Below, one piece after another: positions 22,690 to 33,832 of a DNA stretch of 64,000 nt. The position numbers were made by a program, and so were the translations under genes. The notes below the pieces were generated by a model. That model did no database searches, was not told where the DNA came from, and worked only from the letters and a program-made list of their open reading frames with translations. Source of the DNA: Lophium mytilinum (Eukaryota). Position 1 is the first letter of the stretch, and each line of letters starts with the position of its first letter. The DNA is taken from positions 1,137,334-1,201,333 of the forward strand of contig MU004185.1 of the NCBI GenBank assembly GCA_010093605.1, read 5' to 3'.

Positions 22690-24244
22690 GCATAGGAATG
22701 GACCGCAAGTAGAGAAATACACACCAAAAGGGCGGTATATACTGGGTAGGATATTCTAACTACCTCAGATATTGGAGTCAGGAGTTTAGGAGGGTCTGGA
22801 GGGACAAACTGTCGTACACGAATACACGACTCAGCATGCTAATGTCACTCAAAAGGGTTCTACAGGGCTGCAATCAATCAAGGACAGTAGGTTGCCCTTT
22901 GGATTAGCTAAGACTTCGAATACATATCGCGGTCTTCATCGGCTATATGTGAGCACGTAAGCAAGTCTCAGCCTCCATTTCCTAAAATCTTCGTTACTAT
23001 ACGCTTTTCATGGGCTATATAGATATAGGGAAATTCCCGTTGTTCAAAATGAACGAACATCAGCAGCAATGTGGAAGTGATTGGTGGCTTCAAGAAAATG
23101 TAGGGAACAAAAACCATGGGCAGTCTTTGTGATTCTGGGAGTTATGGATACGAAACTTCATATCAGCACTACGATCTCATGAGGGGGGTCCGACTATCTT
23201 CGATGACGCTGATCTACGGCATCAAAGGAAATGAATTCGATCGTTTTGGGTTGTCCCCGATTGCAGAGGCCAGAGAAGGCAAGACATGGCGAGTCAATTT
23301 TCCCAATGGACATCGCCATCATTATCTTCGGCCTTTGCTATCAGAACTCCGTCCGCATCGAATAAGAGTCGTCAGCTATAGAAGACCGCTGACAAACCAC
23401 CACATCGATCGCAGCCTCTCGTTCTTTTAATCGCGAATCAAACTGCCTCCGGCCGCCCGGAGCCATGGCTTCCTGCTATCCCAAGGTTTGAACCATGGCT
23501 CTACTCTGCCGATTTCTGAACTAGTTCCCACCATCGAAAAAGAAGAAGCTTCAGAGCCACTCCACAGGTTTCTTATACCTTCCTTCAACCCCGACCCCAC
23601 CTGAAGCTCACGTGAGACACCACGCGCGGAGCGTCTAATGTACTTCTGTTTATGATCAGGCGCCGAGTGTTGCTGAACATCGTCATCAAGCAAGGAAAAA
23701 TCGTACTATCCACCATGTAGACGCTCTCTTCGGCCGTTGAACATCACACCCAAAACTAGTAGTAACAACCATGGAACAGTCTATTTCAAAGTGTTTCAAT
23801 GTGTCGAAGTCGACGAAATGGAGCCCGCCGGGCAACAATATTCATACCCAAGTTCAGCAAGCGGGCACGTGCAGTCACGGGGGAAATAACGCAGCATTCT
23901 CTACTGGCTATATATTATAGCCTTATACGTGCTTTGCGGATATGCGTCAATTAGCAACGTGACAGCACATCGCTTGCTTTGGGAAAAGAAGGATTCTCAA
24001 TCCGTTCGTTGGTGCATATCATCCATGCTTCGTCGCTTAAAAACCTCGAATCAACTGGCAAGAGTCTCCAAGGTTACTGCATGTCAGCTGCATCTGAGCA
24101 AAGGGAAAGACGCCACAAAGCGTACTTCCGGTGAGGCTGAAAAGACAGGGCCAGCATTAAAGTGAGGGAGGATCCTGCCGAGATCCTGTCAGCGTATCTT
24201 ATCTCTTGAGTGTCAAGCTCTAGGATCATTGTATTTTTTGAACG

Positions 24245-27200
24245 ATGTCAGACATCAACACGCAACAAAACCGCAGGAAAAATCCCCAGGGTCAGAAAGG
24301 CAACAAACAAAGCAGCAAGAACCGCAAGAAGTTAAGCGATGAAGAGTCAAAGAAGGCAAGAGAGGTAGAGTTGGAAGCAAAGATCAAGGAAATTTGGAAA
24401 GATGTGAATGAAGATGTCGAATGGCTTTCTCAGCCTCCTTCCGATAGTAAAAGCAAGAAAAGATGGAGTTTCACGCGCATCTTCCATGGCGGAGGTCCAG
24501 GCAATGGAAAAGATGATGCAAAGTCACCGCCCGAAAGCGAAAACAACGAGCACCAGGACGACATAAAAATAACAACTGTGAAGATTCTCGGGATTTTGCA
24601 CGAAGCTAAGCCGGAACCGTCCAAGGATACTAGCGATAAATACGAGAAGTTGAAGAAGACCGTGGCCAATACCATCAAGTGTATCAACGTGCTGGGTGAG
24701 CGTGTAGCCGGGGCGGCCTCACTGGTATGCGTCTGCTCAAATGTATCCGGTGTCGCGAACATGAGCGGGGATGGGTGTTTGTTCATGCTAACTCGAAGCC
24801 AGACGTTCGCACCAGCACCCTCATGTTTCAATGCAATAAGCTTCTTCCTTCAATTCTGGATCAACTACGTCGAAATGTTCGATAAGATCGACCAACTTCT
24901 CTCAACCTGCAACGACTTCATCGGCCGCCTCCACATCTACAAAATGGACGATTCTGGAGAAAAGGTTATCGAGCTCCAATACATCGCGGCGCAACTTCTG
25001 CGCAGCACCGTTAAGGTTTTCCGATTCAGTATCTCGATTTCTTCTTCGAAAAAGGACATCATGAAAAAGCTTGCGAAGCAAAGTTTTTTGGGCGAAAGTG
25101 ACATTGATGAGTTAATGGGTGGTATGGGGAAGTTGGTGGAGCAGGAGAATAACCTTCTGACGGCCTTGTCGTATGGTAACGTCCGAAACATCCAGCAGAT
25201 ACTAGCGCAGCAACAGACCACAGCAGACGCGAAGGGGTGGCGTATAGCCATCGCAAAAGCTTTGGGGTTCGGAGATGAAGAACCCAAGCGCGCATGGAAA
25301 AATAGACTCGAAGAGATCTCAGGGTTGCTAATCCCCGAGACCGGGAACTGGGTGGAGAACTTGGAGGAGTTCGAAAACTGGGTCGCGCTGGATGATGATA
25401 ATGCTGCTAGGAAAGAGAAGGGCTCTGAGCATACGCGGCCTATACTGATTGTTGAGGGCGCGGAAAACACTGGGAAGACGTATTTGATGGCGAACATCGC
25501 GAGACATCTCGGCCGCATCAGGCCAAATCACTCAGTTGCGTATTATTTCCATGAGGGCGGTTCCGATCGGCACATGGACCGCTCCCGCCTCCTGTCTTTA
25601 GTGTCTAGGAGCTTGCTTTGGCAGTGTTCTACTTTCTCCGGCCTCTTGATCAAGTCAATGGCTGAAAGATGCCAGAAAATGGGGTACAACCCCAACGTCT
25701 ACGACATATGGAGACAGCTCTTCCTTCAGAACGAGGAAATAAGGAAGGTCAAGCAGCCGTTCTACATCCTGATCGATGGGTTGGAGGGTATGTTGTTGGA
25801 AGATATCATATCTTTTATAAATCAGCTCGTGGACAGAGGAGAGCAAACCTTTCGTGTCCTAGTGAGCAGAAGGAACTCGAGCGTGCAGGAGCACCTGAAA
25901 AAGGGATCGTTTGGACGCATCCGCCTCCGTGACGAGAACACAGTCAACAATCGACTCGACATCCAAACGTACATCCAGCACAGTCTGAGGAACATGTCTG
26001 CATTCGATGAAACTCATCATCCCAAAGCCGAGGAGTACAGAAATAAGATCACAACGATACTCAAGGAGAAGACGGAGGGCAATTTCGCATGGATGACGGT
26101 TATCCTAGACAAACTCCGTTCAAAGCATCATCTGGCAGATATCGACATGATTCTAGAGAATGTGAACGAGCCAAAAGAAAAGCAAGCCAAAGACGAAATT
26201 GAGAGACTAAACCGAGAGCTTACGTCCGAGGAAATCAAGGAAATCAACGAGGTTATTCTTTGGGTATTGACAGCGCAAGTCACACCATCTGTTGATGATA
26301 TGGCGGCAGTGCTCTCTCTTGGACCGCATACTGACTCTTTGATGCCGCTACGTCGTCGGTTGAATCCTCTTCTCAATGTCAATGAGTCGGGCAAAATTCA
26401 TTTCAAGCTCAGCGAGTTCAAGGACCAGATCTTGAAGAACCAAACACTGGTGTTGGAACTTAGATCGGATGAGACATCCGTTACTTTGCTCCCCCCAAAA
26501 GCAGAGATGGAAGTGGTCCACCGCTTCTTGATACACGTGTTCCCGCGAAGGGAAGATTATGAAAAGGAGGCATTGGAGCGCATCCTGTGGGGCGAGCCTT
26601 CGAAGTCGTTGAAACCTGCTATCTGTTATGATAATCAGAATGCTCATATCAAGATGGCCTTGACATACCTGAAGGTACTTACGAATGGGAGCAATGAACA
26701 GACTAACGCACTTCGTTTCGACGCCGGGAGATATTTGCTGTATCACATCAAGAAGGCGAACCAGAAGACGGCAGATAAAGATCTGAAAGCAAAGATCGGC
26801 CTGCTTCTGGTCAAGCTGTTCACGGAAGGCGATTGCATCGACACATTATTTTGGACGAGAGCAGAACACATGAGCCATAACTCCTGGGAAGAGAGTGAGG
26901 GAGCGTGGCTGAAGGAAAATCGTGAGCGCTGGCTATATACGTCAACGGGGGTGATCGAGATGGCGAAGTGGTTTTCAGATGAGGAAGTAACAGGCGATAT
27001 TGTGGGCCCAGGCAAAGATTTAGTGAAGTCTATAACCGACAAGAAAAATATTGCTGGTCGCCATGAAATCCTTTTACGGGCAGTAGCTGAGCGGTTGGCT
27101 ACGCATTTGTTGCTGGAGAACATATATACTCGCCGGGAACAACTCACAGCGGTCTATTTCCTCAATGGGTATGTCACGAGGGTATGTACATCCGATGTTC

Positions 27201-29365
27201 ATGAATGACATGCCTTGCTGACCACTACAGATTGGCAATCAAAAGAACATGACACCATGCCAAAAAGACCGCGATCGACTCCCATGGAAAGAGTTCTGTC
27301 GTATCAAAGACTGGGCTACTAGACTGCACGGATTCCACGATTCTTGGTTGTGGAAGATTCAGGTTGCCAGAACTATATTCACCGTGTGCGATGGATACGA
27401 CAATAAAGCAAACAAGGCAGCAGAAGGTCTGCTTCACGAAGTACAGGAGCTAGACGGAGAGATTTGGGAGGGGAGTATTTTAGCCTGTCAGACCATTGCT
27501 GAACACCTAGTGACAGAGAATTCCTATGCGAAGGCCCAGAAAATCTTAGAAAAAGCAACGGAGAGATTTTACAAAGACCAAGGTGGGGTGCAGGTCTCAA
27601 AGTCTGACTCAATGCTTGTTGCTATTGCTTTCCTCGATTTGGGAGACATATATTGGAAACTGGAGCAATATGATCGAGCGGTGGCAACGAATCTCCAAAG
27701 TTTGAAGTACGACACCACTCGCTATGCTCGGTATTTCGATATACTTCGCGAGTACAGTAAGAAGGAGGAGACCTGGCCCAAAACCGTCGAATTTCTCGAT
27801 GAACTCACAGTGGTAAAAGAGTTCGACAAACTTTACTTGAATCGATTGGTATACGACTTCCTGGCTAAAGACGATTTCCGAGAATTCATGGCTAAAGCCA
27901 AAGAGCACAAGGACTGGAAGAAAGTGGTCGACAAGACTTTTACACAGGCAATTGAAGTAGCGAATGGAAGCCCTGCCGAGCTGTTTCACATCAGGAACGT
28001 GTACGGCCGCATTCTACACGAGTGCGCAGGCGCGAGCAGAGAGGAAGAAGCTGTCCAGCAATGGGAGAAAGCGCTGGAGTCCGGGAAGCCGCTAGCAGTT
28101 ATCGGGAGTGATATTCAGTGGTCCCATATCGCCGACATCATTGAGCCACTTGCAAAGATCTATTTGAGGCGTGCAGAGGACGCGCTCGCCAAGGCAAGGT
28201 CTGTGAACATCGATGATTACAGACCTGCTGAGTTCGTAAAAGAAATCTTTGACATGGCGAGCCACGATTTTGACTTGCTCAAGAAACTGGAGCAAAAGAC
28301 AGATATTTGGGTGAACACAGTCGTGTATTGTTGTTTGGCTCGCTATTACAAGGTTTCCAAGGACGAAACAAAAGCGAAGAAAGCAGTCGCGAAGGTGATC
28401 GCAGCCTCGATAGCTGTACTGTCAGACTCTGACGAGTCAAACGACTGGTTTGCGTTCATTCAACTAGGAAAGGTCTTCAACGCGCTTCAGGACGCAGAAA
28501 ACTCTGAGGAGGCGTGGGAAAGATTGGACGTCTTTGGGAAGTCGCCTTCGGATCTGTGGCCCCCATTTTATTGCGCTGGATGCAATACGAAGGTCCCTCT
28601 TGCTGAAGGCGTCTGGGTATGTACCGAGTGCTTTGGACCCAAGTATTTCGACGCGGAGTGTTACGGCAAGAGAGAACTTAATGGATGTTCTACAACGCAC
28701 AAGGGTGTTAATTTCAATCCTGAAATCCAGGACTCTGACATTGGCACATCGATGGGCAATTTGGATAGAAAGAATGATCTAAACCGGTGGAAGATACAGC
28801 TTCAACTAGAGTATCTTGAAGGCGAAGATATTGGAGATGCTGCGAAACTTGCTCCCATCGATCTGCTACCTACGCGGATGTGGAAACCGAAAATGACGCT
28901 CAAACCAAGCATTACTCGCGCCGATTTGTCTCAGATGTTGAGAAGAGAAGAAGAGCTTCATGCAGCGTGGTTAGTAGGCCGTCCGGTTGATTGATGGCCA
29001 TAAGACTGGATTAGACTGACTAGACTAAGATAAGAATTGACTTGAATCGGCCGGATGAAGAGACGCAGGCCCAAAAGGCGGTGGACAAGGTTATTGTGAT
29101 GATAAATGACCAAAATGATGCCACTGATAACAACAAGGACCGTGGCAATGAAGATAGTGCCGTAGAGCAGCACGTTGAAGAGCTCGATGAGAATGAGGAA
29201 CGCGAGAATGAGGGCGAAACCGTACGACCACGCGTTGAAGGAGACGGCGAGGACGAGGACTCCCGTGAATTGGATACTTACCAAAAAGACGGAGCTGTAC
29301 AACAGCGTACTGACGCATATCAGGAGCTTGTGGATAAATACTGCTTTTACGGGGGCAGGGTTTGA
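24245..29365 (+). CDS. Fungal NLR-like STAND protein: Goodbye-like N-terminus, NACHT, TPR region, ZZ-type zinc finger, acidic tail
   Basis: AASL|FAPAPSCFNAISF segment typical of Goodbye-type N-termini; Walker A GAENTGKT; Walker B YILIDGLE; GNFAW; TPR-like LGDIYWKLEQYDRAV; CAGC..WVCTEC..DAEC..C..H. Introns about 24724-24801, about 27182-27230 and probably 28974-29029 (otherwise the stop is at 28994). Confidence 0.85.
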
Positions 29366-29641
29366 GCAGATAGTCTGCGGACCCTTCCTGCCAGTACACA
29401 CTCGCCGTACACTTTTTCCACTTCATCGTATAAGTAAGAATCTAGACGTAGGCCTCTGTATATGTAGTTGAATCTGCGGGCGTCAACGTGATTATCAGAT
29501 GCCTTGAGCAAGAGGTAGTAATCCACGGATCCGTGGTCCTAATCTCGGACTGCCTTTCTACGGTACACACTCTTTCTGTGCTAGTACACTCTTGTCTAGC
29601 TCCGCTCGAGGTGCTCTAGCACGTTATTAAAGGCGCAAATG

Positions 29642-30154
29642 CTACTTTTGGCTATCAGACCACCTCAGATGGTGTTGTGCTGCCACCTTATGTTCAGCGG
29701 CGTCTACATATGCCAATTGGAAAACGCGTTCATCATACTTCTTCTCCATACTCTCCCCGTACATATGCCCATGGCAATAGGCATCCACAGCGACCATATG
29801 CCCCCCGTCCTCCCGAACCCTCGGTATCAAAAGAGCAGGCGACCCATACAGAAAACAAACTAGGTCTCCCTTCCTCATCCCATCAACGCCCCACGGACGA
29901 GCGAAAAAACCTCCCGTTATAACATCTGACATTCGCCCTCCCAAACTCTGAGACGCTTGATATACTATCTTCTCTCCCGAGTCCCCTTGCTCCCCATCTT
30001 TGACGCAAACTTCTTTTGAGATTCTACGGAGGTCCATTTGGATCCTCATCATTGCTGACGAGGGAGTAGGCTCGCTTCCAGTAGATCGGTAAGGATTGCT
30101 TTCACTCCTTGTGTTCATCTGATCCTCCTCGTCACATGGACTACTGAACGACAT
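29642..30154 (-). pseudogene. C-terminal relic of a HET-6-type heterokaryon incompatibility protein
   Basis: RKGDLVCFLYGSPALLIPR..DGGHMVAVDAYCHGHMYGE matches the GDxVxxLxGxxxPxxLR...GxxYxxGxMxGE tail of HET-6-like proteins; no upstream HET domain visible. Confidence 0.65.
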
Positions 30155-30425
30155 ATTTCGCCTACAGCTATTCGCCTAGTCCGAGACCTCACAAGAATGT
30201 ACAGGTGGAGCGTACATGACCAGGACGCATTGCAACCCAACGGGGCGTACTTCGACCCAACAGGCGTAGCTTCCCCGCACGAGGCTATCACTCAGCCTTC
30301 CCTCCAACTGCCATAAAAACAGGTCGCCCTCCCTCGCCCTACAGTCCCTCCCCATCTCCAGCAAGTCCCTCTGACTCCACCAGCTTCTCACACGAACAAT
30401 CAAGAGACCTCATTCATCATCCATC

Positions 30426-30710
30426 ATGCCCTCTGAATCCGCAACTATCAAAGATGGCAAGGTCGAGCGTACCGGGTACTCCAACGTCACGCCCTTTAGC
30501 GGTAAAGGCTATACTACCGGCAGCGGCGACGGTAGTAACGGGAGACAGATCTGTGCGTGCACTCCTGTTTGCTTCGCCGCGTGAGGACTACTCTCGAAGT
30601 TAACGTTCATAGCTGGAAACTCTCGAACGCGTGAAGCTGGCAACAAGGCTCAGGCTGCGGCGAAGTTCACGCCCTTTAGTGGACAAGGCAATGTTTTGGG
30701 CAGTAGATAG
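30426..30710 (+). CDS. 74-aa microprotein with two SHP-box-like motifs (putative Cdc48/p97 binder)
   Basis: ATCATG start; intron 30553-30612 (GTGCGT..GTTAAC..TAG). Spliced product MPSESATIKDGKVERTGYSNVTPFSGKGYTTGSGDGSNGRQISGNSRTREAGNKAQAAAKFTPFSGQGNVLGSR*. Absent from the ORF track. Confidence 0.75.
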
Positions 30711-31139
30711 GGGTTGTACTATGCGTGGAAATGGGCGGCGCAGATTGTCTTGGAAGGATTGAAGTTTGTCACAGGATTTTTAAAAGAGTAGGGAAGCAAT
30801 GGAGATTATGAGATATCACCTTCAAGTCTAAGCCACACGCGCATATGTTCAGCCGTTGATACGTGATACGTACGTGATGATTGGAAAGCAGATTCCTCAG
30901 TCCCTGAAGGAGGTCGTTGAGCTCCTGGGTTGCCTGTAGGGCTGCAGTGCGCATACTTGTGGACGTGTCCACTGTGTGAGTAATTTCCCCTAGAAAGATC
31001 GAGGTCATGTTGTTCCGAAAGCTGTGGTAGATTTACTGTCTGAGAGCGTGGTCTGGATTCTTCTGTGCATGGCGAATTCAATCTACAGCCTCGCATTAAC
31101 TCCTATTTCGGATTCTCCACTCATATCCAGAATTTCCTT

Positions 31140-31440
31140 TATCACATATGCAGCACTCATCCACTCAACCGCACTGGCTAATCACTGCACCACCTACACC
31201 AACTCCTCCTCGGTAATCGTGAATGGCGGTGTAATAGCAACCGTATCAATCTTCAGCATCCCCGCAAAGCCCATATTGCAGAGCACATTAACCCCATAGT
31301 CCAGCGCCGTATCTTTTACCTTGCTGCTAAAATCGTCATCCATGGGAAACGCCACCATCTTCTCCGGATTTTTCATGAACTTGACCGCCCAGAACAGCCC
31401 TTTACCTCTTACATTCCCCAGTGTGCTGAAGACGCCGCAG
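31140..31440 (-). pseudogene. C-terminal fragment of a class-III PLP aminotransferase
   Basis: LGNVRGKGLFWAVKF...AITPPFTITEEELV*VVQ*LASAV with two in-frame stops; no N-terminal part or PLP-lysine motif upstream. Confidence 0.8.
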
Positions 31441-32478
31441 TTGCTTGCGTTGAGGAAGAAGAAGGCTTTGGATCGGGGGTTGATTGAGATGGTGCTTGCG
31501 ATGCAGAGGTGATTGGAGGTTGAGATTGGATGGTTCCGTTGCTTCATGTTTAGGTTTGAGCGGCTTTCACATTCATATATCTTGCTTGGAGCAGCGGAGC
31601 CTCATGATTCATATAGATTCGCGCTGTCTTTATTTTGTTAGGCAGAATTGCTTTTCAACCTGATTCGTTCTGTGTAGGCATAGACAAAAATCGGTGTTTT
31701 GTGGGCTGATATAGCAGACTCATCTCTTTTAATAGCTTAATTCCGCAGCTCCGTACTTCAGTGGTTCCCATCTTTCGTCCGCATTTCTTCAAATGCAGCA
31801 GAGACTTCATCTGTATTAGCATGATGAGGCGAGTGATAATGCTAAAGGATTTTATGCCGGACAAGCTCTATGTAAAGCGCCGCTTTATGATTCGAGCCCC
31901 TACTAGGATGGAAGACAGCAACATCAGCTGCGGCCATCCGTGCTTGAGGTATCGAGGCGAATCAATTTGGCTTAAAACAGTTCCCTTACAAGAGATTAAG
32001 CTTAATGCGTGAGATCGGTTTGATAAGGTCGAAGTCCGCTCACAAGACTTCAAGTGATAGATGATATTTAGACTGTATAGCAACTGGCGTGAAGCCCCAC
32101 CCAACTGCCATAGCTTGAGCAGAGCTGATTGCTAATTTTCCACTAACCGGGTTCCTGGTCTTAACTGTTCAGAACGGCGGATGCCTCCCACTGGTCTAGG
32201 AGTAAATGAACGTAGCGAGCGTGAAGGTGCGTGATAACGGTGAGACTCTACTTATATTACTGCCTTCCTCATAAAACGTCTCTTCACCTTGATCTCACCC
32301 CCCCGGTAGCGTTTGTTCTGAAAGTGCAGCACAAGAATGAGAGAGCTAAGGTCGGAAATTGCATGCACAGCACTCGATTCTCAAACTCTCAGAACCGGTC
32401 GTACCGTTCGAGATTGTGCTTCATTCAGAAAGGCCGTCTCCTCAACCGCATAAACCCTCGCCATCCCCCACCCTCTTC

Positions 32479-32906
32479 CTATGGAAAATAAAACTCCTTA
32501 CTAACCCCCACCCACTCGCCCCCCGGCATCCCCTCCCACACCTCGATCTCCTGCGGCTTCGTGTACAGCGGCTGCACCTTCTCAGCCAACTCCGCGTAAT
32601 ACGGTTTCTTCAGTTGCACCTGCCCTTGCTGTTAGCCGCGGATTCGACTCCATTCAAGTTCAAGTAAATATGAATGCAGTGGGGGGGACGTACGGTCTGC
32701 AGCCACTCCATCGTCGCATTCCACGTCTCCACGATCTTGAACACGCCGGGCTGCGCGGGGGACTGGAGGAGCTGGACGAAAGTGCACTCGGGGGTTGAGG
32801 AGATGCTGTTGTAGATGGGCTTGAGGGCGGAGAGGAAGGCGGCGGTGTTGGAGGGGTCGATGGTGACGGTGAGGAGCATGGTGAGGGTGGGGGTGGTGGA
32901 GGCCAT
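32479..32906 (-). CDS. ABM (antibiotic biosynthesis monooxygenase-like) dimeric alpha/beta-barrel protein
   Basis: TVTIDPSNTAAFLSALKP..PECTF..PGVFKIVETWN..WLQT|VQLKKPYY..EFYFP*; one intron (GTACGT..GCTAAC..CAG). Confidence 0.85.
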
Positions 32907-33832
32907 GTTGACAAAGAAGATTGTGGGGTTTGAGATGGAAGGAGGTTGTGGAGGAGAGGAAGGGAAAGAGAGATGTAGATGAAGAGAGTAGTGGGAGGGG
33001 TGGGTTGATTGTCACTTTATAGGTGAGCTGGGGAAGCGAGTCAGCCCTATGTCAGCTTAGGAAATAGGCGAAGGATTAGATGGATGCTATGTAGCTAGTG
33101 AACAAGTGTGTGCTTGTTCCGTTTGTGGGTTGCGTACCGAGATAGAAGTAAGCTAGTCACTGGGGCATGAGAGGGCTGAGGTGGAGGGTGGTAGGGTCTG
33201 ACCTCGAGGTCGGAAAACCCCAGCGGACGATCTTCATGGAGTTTTTGTATGGGGTTAGCGCGGTCGCACAACGGCAATTCTTACTGGCTTATCTTAGCTT
33301 CTCTAGTGTACTATATAGCACTAACAATCAGGAGCGCCTCGAACTTTGTGATTCATTGTACCCGTATCATTGTTCCTGTAGTGTAAAAGCTAGATATACT
33401 AAGTTTAGGTAGACGATGTCGAGTAACGTATTAGTACACCACCTTACAACCCGGCCTAAGCTCATGCGTAATTCATGCTCATATCCAATCGCGAACTGCA
33501 CAGCACGCCGCACAAAAGCCGAAGCCCGGGGCATCAGAGAACAACAATAGAATTCATCTCTACCTAGCATCAAAGAATCCTAGCAGCAAAGGGGTAGTAA
33601 AACGAAAAAAGGAGGGATGATTCCAGCGAGCGAACGATAAAACGCAACCCCCTCTCCTCCCCTCTCTGTGCATGCCATCATCCTCACGCACCAACAAAAG
33701 AAAGTTGCAATCGCCAAGTTTCGTCACCCTTGACAACGTTTCGCTTCCGTTTCGCTCACCAAGAGACCAGACTCCGGACTCCATCCACCCACCCTACTCC
33801 CTATCCCTCTCCTCTTTACTCTTCTCCCCCAC

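Noticed and set aside
31655..32110. Possible spliced minus-strand gene remnant (GCTAATACAG acceptor)
   Set aside because: Could not assemble an open, recognisable reading frame.
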